Part shown: positions 1 to 37,600 of the stretch, piece after piece
Position numbering within the stretch: the stretch's first letter is position 1
Layout of the letters: every line of letters starts with the position of its first letter
NCBI GenBank assembly: GCA_964016885.1
Contig: OZ024747.1
Coordinates: 23,312,001-23,376,000 of the forward strand
DNA: 64,000 nucleotides
Reading direction: 5' to 3'
Source: Eledone cirrhosa
Lineage: Eukaryota
The notes under the pieces: generated by a model
What the model was told of the DNA's origin: nothing
Database searches by the model: none
The model's input: only the letters and a program-made list of their open reading frames with translations
Translations under genes and position numbers: made by a program

Positions 1-24030
<24,030 letters not shown>

Positions 24031-24154
24031 GGCGGCTTTCCTTTTGTTTTTGTTTTTTGCTTTTTTGTTGAGAACTTTTCCAGAAAGTAAGTATGTGTGA
24101 AAACGTCTCACTAGGTCATTATTTGTTGAAGTGGTGTGTGGTGTCAGTTAAGTA

Positions 24155-24178
24155 GTGAACATAGCAACAGTTGTTTAC
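24155..24178. promoter_or_regulatory. Imperfect RFX X-box plus adjacent forkhead motif upstream of the LRR gene
   Basis: GTGAACATAGCAAC (one perfect GTTGCT half-site) and TGTTTAC, 125-150 bp upstream of the minus-strand ATG. Confidence 0.3.
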
Positions 24179-24313
24179 TGACAAGCTACATTTACACTGA
24201 GAAGTACTTACAGTTCTCATTTATTAGAATCAGTACCTCACTGTTCGTATTAACCAAACTATATATATATATTTATCGTACTGCCTCTCTGTTCTGTCCC
24301 TGTTCAATTTTTC

Positions 24314-24356
<43 letters not shown>

Positions 24357-24418
24357 AAGGTTTAGCAAATAATGAAAAAGTTTCAAAATAAAAATTTTAT
24401 ATTCTTTGAATGAAAAGA

Positions 24419-24501
24419 ACCTTCTGACGAGAATCTTTCTTTGCAACGAAGGCTGTATGGTCTCCGTTTATTTTGGGGATTCGAAACCGATCGGTAAAGG
24501 T
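24419..24501 (+). ncRNA. Type I hammerhead ribozyme motif (Penelope-like element type)
   Basis: Stem I ACCUU/AAGGU; core CUGACGA (24424-30); stem II GAAUCUUU/GGGGAUUC; GAAA (24483-86); stem III within palindrome ACCGAUCGGU; cleavage triplet GUA (24494-96). Confidence 0.75.
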
Positions 24502-24684
24502 AACTATAGTAGGTAAAGTCAATTTTTTAAAATTTATTTTGAAACTTTTTCATTATTTGCTAAACCTTGTTTATATTTGTTCTGGCTCGTTAATTTATTA
24601 ACCTGCCATTGAACCACACTGGCATTTGGTTGGACAATACATGCGTACCTTAGCGCCTTGTGCGTGAAGGAACACATATCCTAT

Positions 24685-24721
<37 letters not shown>

Positions 24722-25277
24722 TCCCAAGTTCAATCAGGGGTAACCACAGTAAGTGAAGTACTCAATACATTAGTAGAATATATACAACATTTAATATAGA
24801 AATGGTTTCTACAGGACTAGAGCCGTTTCTTTCTATATTAAATGATATAACACGTATGTGAGCCACGTGGCCCTCGGAGGACCTTATGTTTGACATGCCT
24901 GATGTACAACACTTTTGGGACACTTAACTCTATCAGCTCTGGCTCTGGTTTGGAAACGATCTTCCTGGCGTAATCAAACGATTACCCCTCGGATAGAGGC
25001 AGGTGTTGCAAGTCCCCTAAGCATGTTATTTAATAAATGGTGATGTTACCGCATTTAGCACCCCCGTGTAATTTCGTGAACTGAATACATAGATGTGCGT
25101 GTATGTATATTATAAAAGTAACGAAGATAGCTGGTATTAAGTCAACGTATATATGTATGTATGTAAGAAGTCCACTTATCTTCTGTAAATGTTACAATAG
25201 ATAAGTGGACTTCTTACATATATACGTTGAACGTTGACTTAATACCAGCTATCTTCGTTACTTTTATAATATACATT

Positions 25278-25561
25278 CACTATATTCTTCAGAAATATAA
25301 GAACTTTCTTTAAAGCAATACATAATATATATAATCAAAAAACATCACTAAATTTTCGTTAATCTAATTTGTTTATCTATTCAATATTATCAATTACAGC
25401 TTGCTCCATTTTTATAAGGAATCAACAGATTTAGTGTTGATAAGCGCGTGAAATTACTCATCTGCTTTTTTCCATTACTTTTTCGTATTCGTTCTGAATA
25501 TATATTTAAAAAGACAACATAACACATTTCATTTCTGAATGGTCCACTAAGCAGAACCAAA
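25278..25561 (+). promoter_or_regulatory. Putative LPMO1 proximal promoter/5' UTR (duplicated at 43137-43420)
   Basis: ~285 bp near-identical upstream of both LPMO ATGs. Contains TGATAAG (GATA), a TATATTTAAA TATA-like box at ~25500 and a TCATTTC Inr-like motif ~28 bp downstream. Confidence 0.55.
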
Positions 25562-25726
25562 ATGGTGTTGGCTTATTCTAGTTTGGTGTTTTTAGTTGGT
25601 TTATTTGTAGGAATTGAAGGTCATGGTCGACTTGTGGATCCCCCTTCCCGATCTAGTATGTGGAGATTTGGATTCAAGACTCCAGTCAACTATGACGATA
25701 TTGAACTATTTTGTGGTGGAATGACG
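25562..25726 (+). CDS. LPMO copy 1 exon 1 (signal peptide + His1)
   Basis: ATG...ATGACG|gtaaat. Confidence 0.93.
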
Positions 25727-26269
25727 GTAAATCATTTGCTATTTGTGTTTATCTTTACCCCTTTTGTACAATAATCATTATCTGCTGTTACATTCTGACT
25801 TCAAACATTTTTGTTTAGCACTGTTTTAGAATGAGAAAAAAAATAGAAAACCCGAGAAAGTGTGGTAATTTATTGGCTGATTATAATAAGTTGCAATTTA
25901 TTAGATTATTGCTATACACAGAAGTTCGTTGGCCCTCAAAAGGTGCATATGGAACTAGTTTTGTCGAACTATATGACAGACCTGTCAACTCTCTCCGTCC
26001 GACGGGGAGATCTCTCACCCACATTGAAGTGGGTGAGAGATGGCTTCTCTTGTGAAAATGGGTATAGCTTTCAGTATGTAAAATCTCCCCATTTTGCCTC
26101 ATTTCTCCCCGTTTGGGAGCACTTTTTTTTCATGGTACTCTCCGTTTTGGTTTTTATTTGGCAGGCGTTTTCAAAAACTTAATGAAATTAATTTACAGCT
26201 TCAATGAACCAATACTTATAAGTTTATTGAAAATTAATCTAAAATTAGAAGCTTCAACGCACGTGTATG

Positions 26270-26316
<47 letters not shown>

Positions 26317-26605
26317 ATAATATTGCCAAAAATAATAATAGAACATACTCACTGTTTGGTTTGGGTTGGTTTTCGCTGCTGTATCTTTTATATCTCCATA
26401 GTTAATTTATTTGGCAATCAATGATAAACATTGATTGCCAAACAGATTAACTATGGAAATATAAAAGATACAGAAGCGAAAACCAACCCCAACCAAACAG
26501 TGAGTGTGTTCTGTTATTATTTATGGCAATATTATAACAATATGACCCTCCCCAAGTACAACAATATTTGTTTCGACACACGATTTCATATCAAAAACTT
26601 TGCAA

Positions 26606-26678
<73 letters not shown>

Positions 26679-26779
26679 TGTTATACGTGGGGAGGATCAT
26701 ATTTGTGTAATATTGCCAGAATTAATAACAGAACACACTCACGTCTTTTCCGTCTATTTAATTAGAGTATCTTTTATAG

Positions 26780-26819
<40 letters not shown>

Positions 26820-27363
26820 AAATAACGAAACGAAATTAAATTTCGTTTCGCTTCTAACTCACTTTTGTATGACTGACGCTTAAACAATTAAGTTAAAGTG
26901 TACATCTACATATGTATACGGAAGTACTAGTATGCATATAAATACACATATGTATACATATGTACATGTACCGAGCTTTTTACTAGACACTTTACAGTGA
27001 GTGTCCAGCTAGTCTGTATGTAAACACACAGACGAACCGGGTTGAAACAATAGCAACGGGAGGAAACAATAGCACCACTGACGATGTTGCAGATGTGCAA
27101 CGAAAGAACTTTGATAAACTATATATATGTGTTTGTGTCTATATTGTATCTGTATTATTTTTGACCGTTGGTCAGTCAATGGCAACATTGAGGACCGATT
27201 AAATTAGATTACCGATATAAAAGACACAGAAGCGAAAAGCGAAAACCAACCAAACAGTGAGTGTGTTCTGTTATTAATTCTGGCAATATTACACAAATAT
27301 GACCCTCCCAAGTATAACAATATTTGTTTCGACACACGATTTCATATCAAAAACCTCGCAAAA

Positions 27364-27420
<57 letters not shown>

Positions 27421-30400
27421 CTATAAAAGATAGTCTAATTAAATGGACGGAAAAGAGTGGACAGAAACTTATAAGTTGCAAAATGTTTCAATATAAACTT
27501 GAATTTTTCCGTCTTAATATTCTAAAGATGGAATTTTCTCAGATTGCGGAATTGTTATCAAAGATGATGTAACTCTAGAGAAGATTGAAAGATTCAGTAG
27601 GTACTTCAAACAACTTAAATTAGATATGGAAGAAAAAACGATTTAACGACATGTATATTAGGAACATAACAAGGGTGATGAATAGCAGTGAATTCTGGTC
27701 GATAGTTTGATAGTGGCGGTATTTCAAGACGGAGTGACTGTGCGATATTTTCTATTTTTTGTGGGCTAGTTACGTTATTAAGGTATATGACTAGATTTTG
27801 CTGAGACTGATGTATCATGCGAAGAACAACTTTTAAAACTTAAAACTTAAATACAATGAAGAAAACAAATCGAATTTCAACAGTGCTAGATACGAAAATT
27901 TATTGGAAAATACAAAAATAAAAAATAAACCTTGTTCAAAATTCAACTATGTGGAATACAATATTTAATTTAGGGTTACCTTTCTTTACTATCTTGTTGA
28001 ATAAGGTAAATCATGTTGTCACCAAACAGAGAAACTGTCCGAAAATCATTGAAAGAGGGACCATCGTTTGTTCCATACGAAAATTGAACTATATACACAA
28101 CAGTTAGTTTCTCTGGATTAAACAACGATTTCATTAAATTAAATGTAATTTCAGTTTATATTCTTGGTTTATGTAAGGTAATTTCAAACAATTGTATTGT
28201 TTTTAACATATTAACAGAAGGAAGTTGGACGGTAAATTGGCAGAGCAGAGTCGTTAGAATGTCGGATAGAATGTTTTGTCTTATTCGTTCTGTCTCTTAA
28301 CGCTCTATGAGTTCAAATCCTTCCTAGGTAAACTCTGCCATTCATCTTTTCGAGTTTGACAAAAAAAACAAACAATACCAGTCCAGGTATTGGAGTAGAT
28401 TCTTCCTCTATATTTCTTTCTCACTTCTTCTCTACCCCGCTAACAAGATATCGATTGTGTTCAGACCATGAAACGTTATGGGTTTCGCCAGGTTTAGAAA
28501 ATGCCAAGACCCGTTGTACGTCGCTACGGTGCCCCTCCGCCCCCGTCAGGCGTTACATCCACAATGAAGGAAGACGGTATAATGAGGTCTAAGTAGTAGT
28601 GTGTCAAATTTAAAAAAAAATGGTATTAGGCCTGAGATTTCCATTCACGGATTTACTTTTTTTTTTTATTAGTCGTAAATACCAGAATCACTTCTAAAGT
28701 AGCTCAGTCATGGTTATCTTGGACTATATCACCAAATGTGTCCTTCCTTTTCTATAGTGTATCAGGATTCTATTTGTAGCGAGTCATAGGATCACATTGG
28801 TTTTTTAAACAAATGAGTTATTTGAAATTTGTCCTAATCCAATAAAATTAGGATTAAGTGACTTTCTTGCTGACAAATTCCCTTTCCCGGATATAAAGCC
28901 GGTTACCTAATCCGTTTGGTTGTCATAAATTATGTAAGATTATTTTGAACATTATAATATATAACATGCTATATTCTATAAATACAGGGTGTTCCAAAAA
29001 ATGTATACACACTTTGATTACCTGTACAGGCAATATTTATTAGAATGCTGTTGAAGTCTGTATACCTTTTTTGAGCACACGCTGTATGTTATAGTAATAT
29101 CCTGATTGGAATTTCATGACTGAAGAAGTTTAAAATGAAAAGCATTGTCGCACACACCAGCCACCACATGCAGCTCGAAGTCCAGATACAAATGCGACTT
29201 GAATCTAAATGAACTTTGAGGCTGAAGTTATATATTCCTAGTTAGTTTATTAGAACTTCTTGCTATATTAACTGGAGGGGCTTACACGTTTCTAGTTAAC
29301 TTATCAGAAACTCAAGCTATCTAAACAATATTAACAGGAGGTGGGAGGGCTTAAATGTTATACTGCGAGCTGACGAATCTCGTCAACACTGCAGTGTTGC
29401 CACTGCTTAAAATAACAAATAGTTTCTGCCCAGTATTCTAGATATTACCAAGTGAAATGAACCAATGTATTATATATTATAAAGTATTCTTCCCACCAAT
29501 GCAATGAAACAACAAGAACAAACTTGAAATCACAATTAACAAAAAGGCAGCCCAATACCTTATCTGTTTAACCACCTCGACTCTAATCATTAATCATCAT
29601 TGCCACCACCACCATCCTCATCACTTAACATCAGTTTTCTTTGCTAACAAGGGCTCAGCTGGTGGTCATGGACCAAATCAATATTTTATGAAAGCCATAG
29701 ACCTCTCAGACGGGCCTGTGACCTGCATATTCCTTACACACGTTCCCTGCATTTGACAGAGTATACTGGATGCATTTTATCGTAACTGTGGCACTATAGA
29801 GGTGGTGATGTCTTTGACACAGCCGAAGCGTTCTCTTGGTTTTTTCGTTTGATAAATTCTCTATGGTGGGATGCCCTTCCTATCACCAAACACTTTAAAA
29901 TCTAATTCTAGAACACTTCTGTAAATGTTTATGTAATTTTTCTCTAATCATTTTAACAGCATCAATGGGTTTTTAATCATGGAAAATGTGGAATATGCGG
30001 TGACGCTTATGAAGGACCACGAAAGAACGAAGCGGGTGGTAAATATGCAACCGGAACAATTAGTCGTTATTATCGTAAAAACCAAGTCATTAAGGTCGAT
30101 GTTGACTTGACCACCAACCATTTGGGTTGGTTTGAGTTCCGCTTGTGTCCAAACAACAATGTTAAGAAACCTGCCACACATGAATGCTTGAATAAATATC
30201 TTCTTCAACTGGCTAATGGCAACGGGACTAGGCTTTATGTTGGCAGCACAAAAGGACATATTTATACGAAAGTAAAATTACCTGCTGGTCTTACCTGCTC
30301 TCAATGTGTCTTCCAATGGAAATACCACACAGGTGAGTTGCTGTTTAATTAAAGGTGTAGTGTATGTAACAGGTATCACATTAGCACTTCATTGACTAAT

Positions 30401-31644
30401 TCTGTATATCCTAAATAACTGGCTCCATGACATTTATACAGTAGTGTAGCTAGGGGGATCGAGGGAGAGCGGTCTACCCCGGACAACATTCTTCTTTAAC
30501 AGGAAATTATTGAGCACTACGTTGTATTTTGGGGAATGAGTGGCAAACTCAAGGGTTGCCCCAGGCGGCACACTCTCAAGCTATGCTACTGTATTCATTG
30601 TTGCATTGTACAATAGCATACTACACATCGATAACATAAATACCAATCATATAGTAGAATCCCCTAAAATATATGGCCTGGAGTGAATATTAGGTGCTGA
30701 AAATAAAGTGTTGCTCAAGGGCACAACCCATCACCTGATCCGAGAATCAGACTCACAATCTCACGATTACAAGCCCAACGCTCTAACTACGAAACCATGC
30801 GCCTTCACGGTTCTGCTACCACTACATTAATAGCTTTTATTCCCAACTTATTCGACTATTTTCACAGTAAAAATGAAGTTACTTTGAAGCAGCTTATTAA
30901 AAACTAACATACTTTCAATAATTCAAAATTTACTCTACGTTTCTTGAATACAATTGATTTTTCGTTTACTTTCAACATATATGAGAACATTTTGTTATGT
31001 TATACATGCAATCTTAATAAAATTATAAATTTAGTAAATATTTTCCTTATTCTCCATTAATTAATTAAGATACAAAGTATTTCATTAGAAATACGGTTTA
31101 ACGAAAGGGTTAAATGATTTTGGAACAATTTTCATCATAGGTTTCTTTCACCTGGATTCCCATGGGATTTTACAGCAACCATTAAAATTCTGTTAAAATA
31201 CAACACTATCAAATGCTTAATATTTTTAATATCTGATTGTTTTTCTTTCTTCGATTTTTATTAGGAAACACATGGGGTGAAGGTAATAAATGTGTCGGAA
31301 TGGGATGTTCTGACGCACAAGAAGAATTCTATGGCTGTGCGGATATAGCCATCTTAGATAACGGCACACCAATTCCATCTATGATGTATTCACGAATTCG
31401 GCAAACATCACGCAAACCCCATTTCCGTATTACAACACCAGGTCATAAGAGACATTCTACAAAGTATCGAAGACCTTCAAGACATTCTACAAAGAATCGA
31501 AGACCTTCAAGACATTCTACAAGTAGCCCTCTAAACCGCAAGAACTGCCATGCTATTGGTGATTGGGCCGGTATCTATGACGACTGGTGCAGAGAGTTCT
31601 GTCCGAGGGGTAACTGTTTATCAACTATGTGTCGTTGTGACTGA
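25562..31644 (+). CDS. Secreted AA15-family lytic polysaccharide monooxygenase (chitin-binding type-4/LPMO domain), copy 1, ~305 aa
   Basis: Exons 25562-25726, 29960-30332, 31265-31644 (GT-AG, phases 0 and 1). 20-aa signal peptide, then mature His1 (HGRLVDPPSRSSMWR), NYDDIELFCGG, GKCGICGD, NHLGWFEFRLC (His89), CSQCVFQWKY and QEEFYGCADI. Basic linker and 6-Cys tail follow; AATAAA lies just after the stop. Confidence 0.95.
27074..27115 (+). ncRNA. Degenerate hammerhead ribozyme motif in LPMO1 intron 1
   Basis: CUGACGA-U-GUUGCA-GAUG-UGCAAC-GAAA: perfect 6-bp stem II, but stems I and III are weak or mismatched. Confidence 0.35.
28984..29085. mobile_element. Short Tc1/mariner-type MITE (TA|CAGGGTG...CTG|TA)
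   Basis: Inverted termini with TA flanks; partial relative at 43878-43946. Confidence 0.55.
29960..30332 (+). CDS. LPMO copy 1 exon 2
   Basis: ttttaacag|CATCAATGG...CACACAG|gtgagt. Confidence 0.93.
31265..31644 (+). CDS. LPMO copy 1 exon 3 (end of catalytic domain, linker, Cys-rich module)
   Basis: tttattag|GAAACACATGG...TGTGACTGA. Confidence 0.93.
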
Positions 31645-32637
31645 ATTACTTTAATAAAATATCATAAGGTGCTATAGCATTATTGTTGTTGTTGTTGTTG
31701 TTGTTTACACCCTAATAGAACAAAGGTATTAGAGCAGTAAATATCCCGCCTTTTATTTAAACCAGACATAGGCAATGTTTTCGAGTAGTGAACGGCAGGA
31801 GATACGGTTCATCATAAGGAAGACCGCTCTAATAAAAAATATCCAGCGTATTTTTAATTAGGTGTGCCTCTAAAAACCCAAACGGGAGTACCATGAAAAA
31901 AGGGCCCCGATTTTTACATAATGAAAACTATACCCATTTTCACAAAGTGGGTGGGAGATCTTCCCGTCGGACGGGGAGAGTTGACAGGTCTGCATTCCGA
32001 AAGTCAGACGGGCCGCAGTCTGATTTAAACATAAAGTATCGATAACTGTCTTCCTTTTCAAATGGTAAAGTATGATTTGAGGGAGACTTAATTGCTATTT
32101 CTAGCAGAGCAAAGTAACAACACACAGGCTCTGTTATTTGTATGTGTTTTAAGTGGTGCTATGAGATGATTGAAACATTTTACAATCTTCTGCAAAACCA
32201 GGCCATTCCCTGGTAAAGGTGGAGCAAGCCTCTAACTCTTCACCTATTTCTAAAAATCAGTTTAATATCGATGATCTCATGTAGGAATTGTTATATTAAG
32301 CTGATAAGAACAGATACTACATTTTGATTTTAGCCAAGAGTCGTATATTTTAGAATTAAAAAATTACTACGTAAGACATGGCTTCAGATAACTCTTAACT
32401 CCCTGTAATGATTTAGCCAAAAATATTTAAAAAGATGTTTGTTCATTCAAATGTTTATTGTATCTTTACTAGTTGACAGATTGAGGGGAACATTTTCAAT
32501 ATTAAAGTAAAGCCTTTAAATTTTAATGCGAGGAAGTCATAGTGCTGTTTTGTACTTTACAAGAATGCCGTGTTAATGTGGTTTCATGCGGTACAGGACT
32601 TTAGGAGCTAAAGTACAGCCAAGTGGGGAATTAACTG

Positions 32638-33678
32638 CTGTGGATTGGCAGTATCGGTAGAGGGTCGGACGCCATGCTTTCCAGCATAGTTACGTCCCTT
32701 TACGATCTGAGTTCAAATCCCGCCGAGGTTGACTTTGCCTTTCATCCTTACGGGGTCGATAAAATAAAGTACCAGTAATGAACTGGTAATTGCTGGCCTT
32801 GTGCCTAAAGTAGAAACAATTATTAAAAATAATAGTAGTGGTGGATTGGCAGTATCGGTAGAGGGTCGGACGCCATGCTTTGACGTATAGAGTTAGGGCC
32901 CTTGCCATTCTGAGTTCAAATCCCGCCGAGGTTAACTTTGCCTTTCATCCTTACGGGGTCGATAAAATAAAGTACCAGTAATGCACTGAGTAATTGCTGG
33001 CCTTGTGCCAAAAGTAGAAACAATTATTAAAAATAATAGTGGGGTGGTGGATTGGCAGTATCGGTAGAGAGTCGGGCACCATGCTTTGCAGCATATAGTT
33101 ACGGCCCTTTATGATCCGAGTTCAAATTCCGCCGAGGTTAACTTTGCCTTACATCCTTACTGGGTCGATAAAATAAAGTACCAGTAATGCACTGAGTAAT
33201 TGCTGGCCTTGTGCCAAAAGTAGAAACAATTATTAAAAGGTGTATGGAGAGCCAATAGGTAGGGGCAATACTATATTAATAATTCTTTCTAACAGCTCTG
33301 CAATTTGATGGGAGTGGGGGGAAGCCGATAAATCGACCCCAGTATTTGACTGGTACTTTATTTATTCGACTCCCATAAGGATGAAAGGCAAACTTCAGTG
33401 GGATTTGAACTCAGGACGTAAAGGGTAGTAACTCTATGCCGCTAAGTATTTTGTCCGACGCTCTACCAATATTACCAATCCAACGCCTTAATAATTATTT
33501 CTACTTTTGGCACAAGGCCAGCAATTATGCCAGTGTATTACTGGTACTTTATTTTATCGACCCCGCAAGGATGAAAGGCAAAGTTGACCTCGGCGAGATT
33601 TGAACTCTGACCATAAAGGGCCTTAACTCTTTGCTGAAAAGCATGGCGTCAGACACTCTACCGATACTGCCAATCTAA
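32638..33678. mobile_element. Cluster of tRNA-derived SINEs with Deu/Nin-like core: three head-to-tail + copies, then two - copies
   Basis: A-box TGGCAGTATCGG, B-box GAGTTCAAATCC, core gcctttcatcct..ggggtcgataaaataaagtacc. Many other copies, e.g. 3330-3520(-), 17425-17605(-), 18424-18612, 39975-40162, 40317-40535, 44802-44982, 47226-47642, 58674-58970, 63198-63373. Confidence 0.85.
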
Positions 33679-33895
33679 CGTAGGTACAAGGCTAAAAACT
33701 TGGTAGTAAGTAACTAATAAACATCTAGCAAGGCAGAGACGTTAGAACGTCGGATAGAATGCTTTATGGTAGTCGTTTCAGTTCTCTGTTGTCTCAGGTC
33801 AAATCCCACAAGGTCAACTTTGCCTTTCCTCCCTTCAAGGTCGATAAAAAAAGTACCAGTCTAATACTGGGTTCGATTCTTCCTCTATATCTCAT

Positions 33896-33926
<31 letters not shown>

Positions 33927-34682
33927 AACTTTCTATCCTTCTCTGGAAGAAATCTGCTGCATTCAGGCCCTGAAGAGGGGATGGGCTCCGCCAGACTTAA
34001 AGTGCCCAAGAAACGCCGTTAGTCATTACAGCGCCCCAATGACTCCATCAGGAGTTACGGGACCTTACCATACCCAAACATATAGTCCGACGCTCTACCA
34101 ACACCAACTGTACAAATAATTCTTTCTATAGCCGAGGCACAAGTCCAGAAATTTATGGGAATGATTAAATAAACTATTTAGATTTATGTGCTTTATTGAT
34201 TCTTTTCTTTTTGTGTGCGCCAAAGTTTAAATAAAATATATTTCTCTCTCACTCTCTCTTTTATATCCATCGGATGAATTCATACTTCCTGGGGAAGTGC
34301 AAGGCTTTAAGGTGGAATTTTCCAACAGAATTTATCACTAATGAGACAAAGTCAAACAGATTTTCCCCAACTTCTTTACTTCTCCATCATCAATTGATAT
34401 CCATTCTAAAGAATATTCGTTTCTAATTTAGGTACAAGGCCAGCAATGTAGGGGTGGGGGATAGCAAATTTGATGAAATCAATCCCAGTATTTGACTGGT
34501 ACTTTATTTTATCGGCCCCGAAAGGAAGAAATGCAAATTTAATCTCAGCAGGATTTGAACGTAAATACGTAATTAAATGCTGTGCTGCGTCTTGTCCGAT
34601 ATTCTATAGATTCTACCAATCTAATAGAAATTTGAGGGGAAGGAGAAAGTTAATTACATCGATCCCCTCTACTTAAATAGTA

Positions 34683-37600
34683 CAGGGGGTTCGAAAGTCT
34701 TGTCACCCCCTACCACGTCTTTTGTCCATGTCGTTATCGCTTAGTTCGTTGACGAATGATGGCTTAAACGATTAAAATGATTATATATTATAACTAACAG
34801 CTGAGCCCGGTTGCACCCGGGGCCACTTTTTATTAAGTTAATAATTTGAAAAATCTTATTGAAAGTTTATTATAAAGAAGCAGTATCAGGAAAAAAAATT
34901 AAAATGTGCACTTGGGGCTGGACGGCGTACAATGAGAAGTGGAGCGACGTGAAAAGCGTTGAGAGACGTTGAGTGGCGACGGAAGAGGAATGGCGGAAGC
35001 TTCAAAGGTGTTGTTGCAGTGCTTCTTTGTAGACAACGTTCCTGGTATTACCCGGATTACCACAAATGTAGAGATTGTGTGGACTGCTGAGGCGTGAGCA
35101 CTCGACGTATAGTTGACCGTGGGTAAATACCTGCTGTGTCAGATTTAGACCAACTACTTGCAGCGACTGTCCCTGTGCCTTGTTGATAATCATTGCAAAG
35201 CAGAGTTTTACGGGAAGCTGCCGTCTCGTAAAATCAAATGGGACGTCAGAGGGACTAAGGCTTATGGGGGATAATAACTTTGTCCCGCCAGCAGACGGTC
35301 CGCTCAGAATTTTTGTCGTAAGAATTCGTGTCCCAATTTTTTTGATGATCAGACGCGTCCCGTTGCATAGTTCTGGTGGTTCCACGTTTCTTAGCAGCAT
35401 AACTGGAACACCAACCTTCAGTCTAAGGTCATGAGGTGGAAGTCCGGGAGGTTGTTGACTGTTGAGGAATTCAATCGGATAGTTCACGGCGTCGTCCGCG
35501 TTTTTGTTGGTGTCAATTGACTTGAAGGAGACTTCACCTCCTGGAATCTGATCAAGCAGGTGGCATTATGTGGTGCTAAGATAGCTCTCCCTTGCAGCCA
35601 GTTGTGATCAAGGAATCGTGCTTCGAGGTCTGGGAAAACAGATGACATTAATTCCTCTATGCTTGATACAAAGTTTCCAAACGGCAGACGGATGTGCTGT
35701 TCATTGATTCCAGGTGTAGTTCCATTACCAACTTCCAGTAGCTGTTTTGAGAAATCTTCAGATTCTGCGTCGCCATGCACATGCACTCTCATGTTAGTAG
35801 TCAGGTTTAGTTTCTGGACATACTGCCATAGGTAGGAATACTTGATGCATGCGTTAACTTCGTCAGCTCTAGTGCCTCTAGTGATTACAGGAAGAGTCTG
35901 CCGAAAATCGCCAGCCATCAGTACTGTCGCTCCACCTATTACGTGTGAATTTCGACGCAAGTCCTTGAGAGTTTGGTCTAGAGCCTCAAATGCTGCCTTG
36001 TGACTCATTGTAGCCTCGTCCCAAATGATTAAACAGCACTCAGAAAGAAGGTATCCTTTAGAGTCTCCACGATTTATTCTGCAGGTAGGATTCTCTTTCT
36101 TTGCAAGGTTCATGGGCAATTGGAATGAGAGTGTGCCGTACGACCGCCATGTAACAGTGTCGCCGCAATTCTACTTGAGGCGACCGCTAAAGCAATCTGC
36201 CTGTCTTTCCGCAGCTTCGCAAGCAGTAGGTTTATGAGAAAGGTTTTTCCTGTTCCGCCTGGAGCATCCAAGAAGAATAGCCGTCCCTCATTTGAAATGA
36301 CACTGGCAAGAATTCTGTCATACGCCCGTCTCTGCTCAGGCAAAAGTCTGGGTTCATCTTGAGCAACCTTATCTGTCAATTCCTCGATCTTCTAATTCAC
36401 ACTCAAGCATGAACTCCACATCTAAAGCACCGTCTTTATGTACAGGTTGTGGCAAACCAAATTCTAATACACCGCCAACTCCAACAGATCTTAGACGTTT
36501 ATCCATGTCAATGAGGGCCTCATTGTATACATTGGCGTTGTAATGAAAGTCAGCCGCTGGTGCCCTTGCTCGTACTCTACGCAGGATGTCCTCTGACATT
36601 CTGTCCTTATGCATTTCTCATAGCTTAAGTGGCTCACCGACATTGCAGAACAGTAACATATTGCAAAACAAACGACGCATTTCTCGTGGCATTTTACATT
36701 CAGCAGCTTCTGTCAATGCCATGTTCAGGTGGTTATCGTCCTCGAGTAGCCCGCGCTTCATGCAAGCCTCCCTGTAAGTGGAACAAATGTAGCCGTCTGA
36801 AAGTCTGAGGTCGGTAAATGACTTGGGTCCTTTGATTCGATGGAGCAGCATTCTCAAAAAAAAAGCATTCCTGTTGCTTCGGATGAACGTTGTACACACG
36901 TCCGATGGCATTACTTTTGAATACACCTGCCCAATTCTCAACTGCCTCCCCCTGTCGCCGCCGATGCCAATTTTTGTTCGACCAAGTGAAGTAGGTTGGT
37001 AACTCGACGTAAAAGAGGGTAAGTGCAAACTCATCGACAGAGCAAAGCTTAAACAATGCTGTAAGAGTCGTCTCTGGTGGCTGTTGTGCAGCAAGTGTGG
37101 CGTTTTCCTCCGTGAAATAAACACGCTGTCCATTCTGTAAGTGAACATCCAAGTTAACAACTGTAGGAGAGCACTTGTGAATCTCAAGTACAAAAATGCG
37201 CCAAGCCGCCATATTGGACGAAATGTACCTTCCCATCACGTATTGATTAATTTCGTCTGTCGGTTGCACGAGGCCCACCACCGCCATGTTGCCGCCTTTG
37301 TTGATGTATTTGCAAATGTATTTAATGCTTTTGACAGATGTGCAGCACTCCACGTTGATGTGAGCATTGAAAATTTTAGCAAGCAAAGGGCTATAGCAAG
37401 AGGGGCCTCTATATATTAGACGTTTATTAGAAGAGGTGGAAATAACCAACCCCAGTATTAGAACAGGGGGTTCGCAATGTAAGGGTTTTATTTCTTTTGA
37501 TAGAAAACAGTGACCTTTTTCGGTTTGGCATTTCGTAAAATTCTACTGCAGGATCGATTTCATAAAACGGTACTGTATGATCGTTATAGAAGTATTTAAA

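Noticed and set aside
33965-34030. CTGAAGA...GAAAC as a hammerhead ribozyme
   Set aside because: Stems I and II do not close, and other copies of this SINE-associated segment (28460, 46970, 59300) lack the core.
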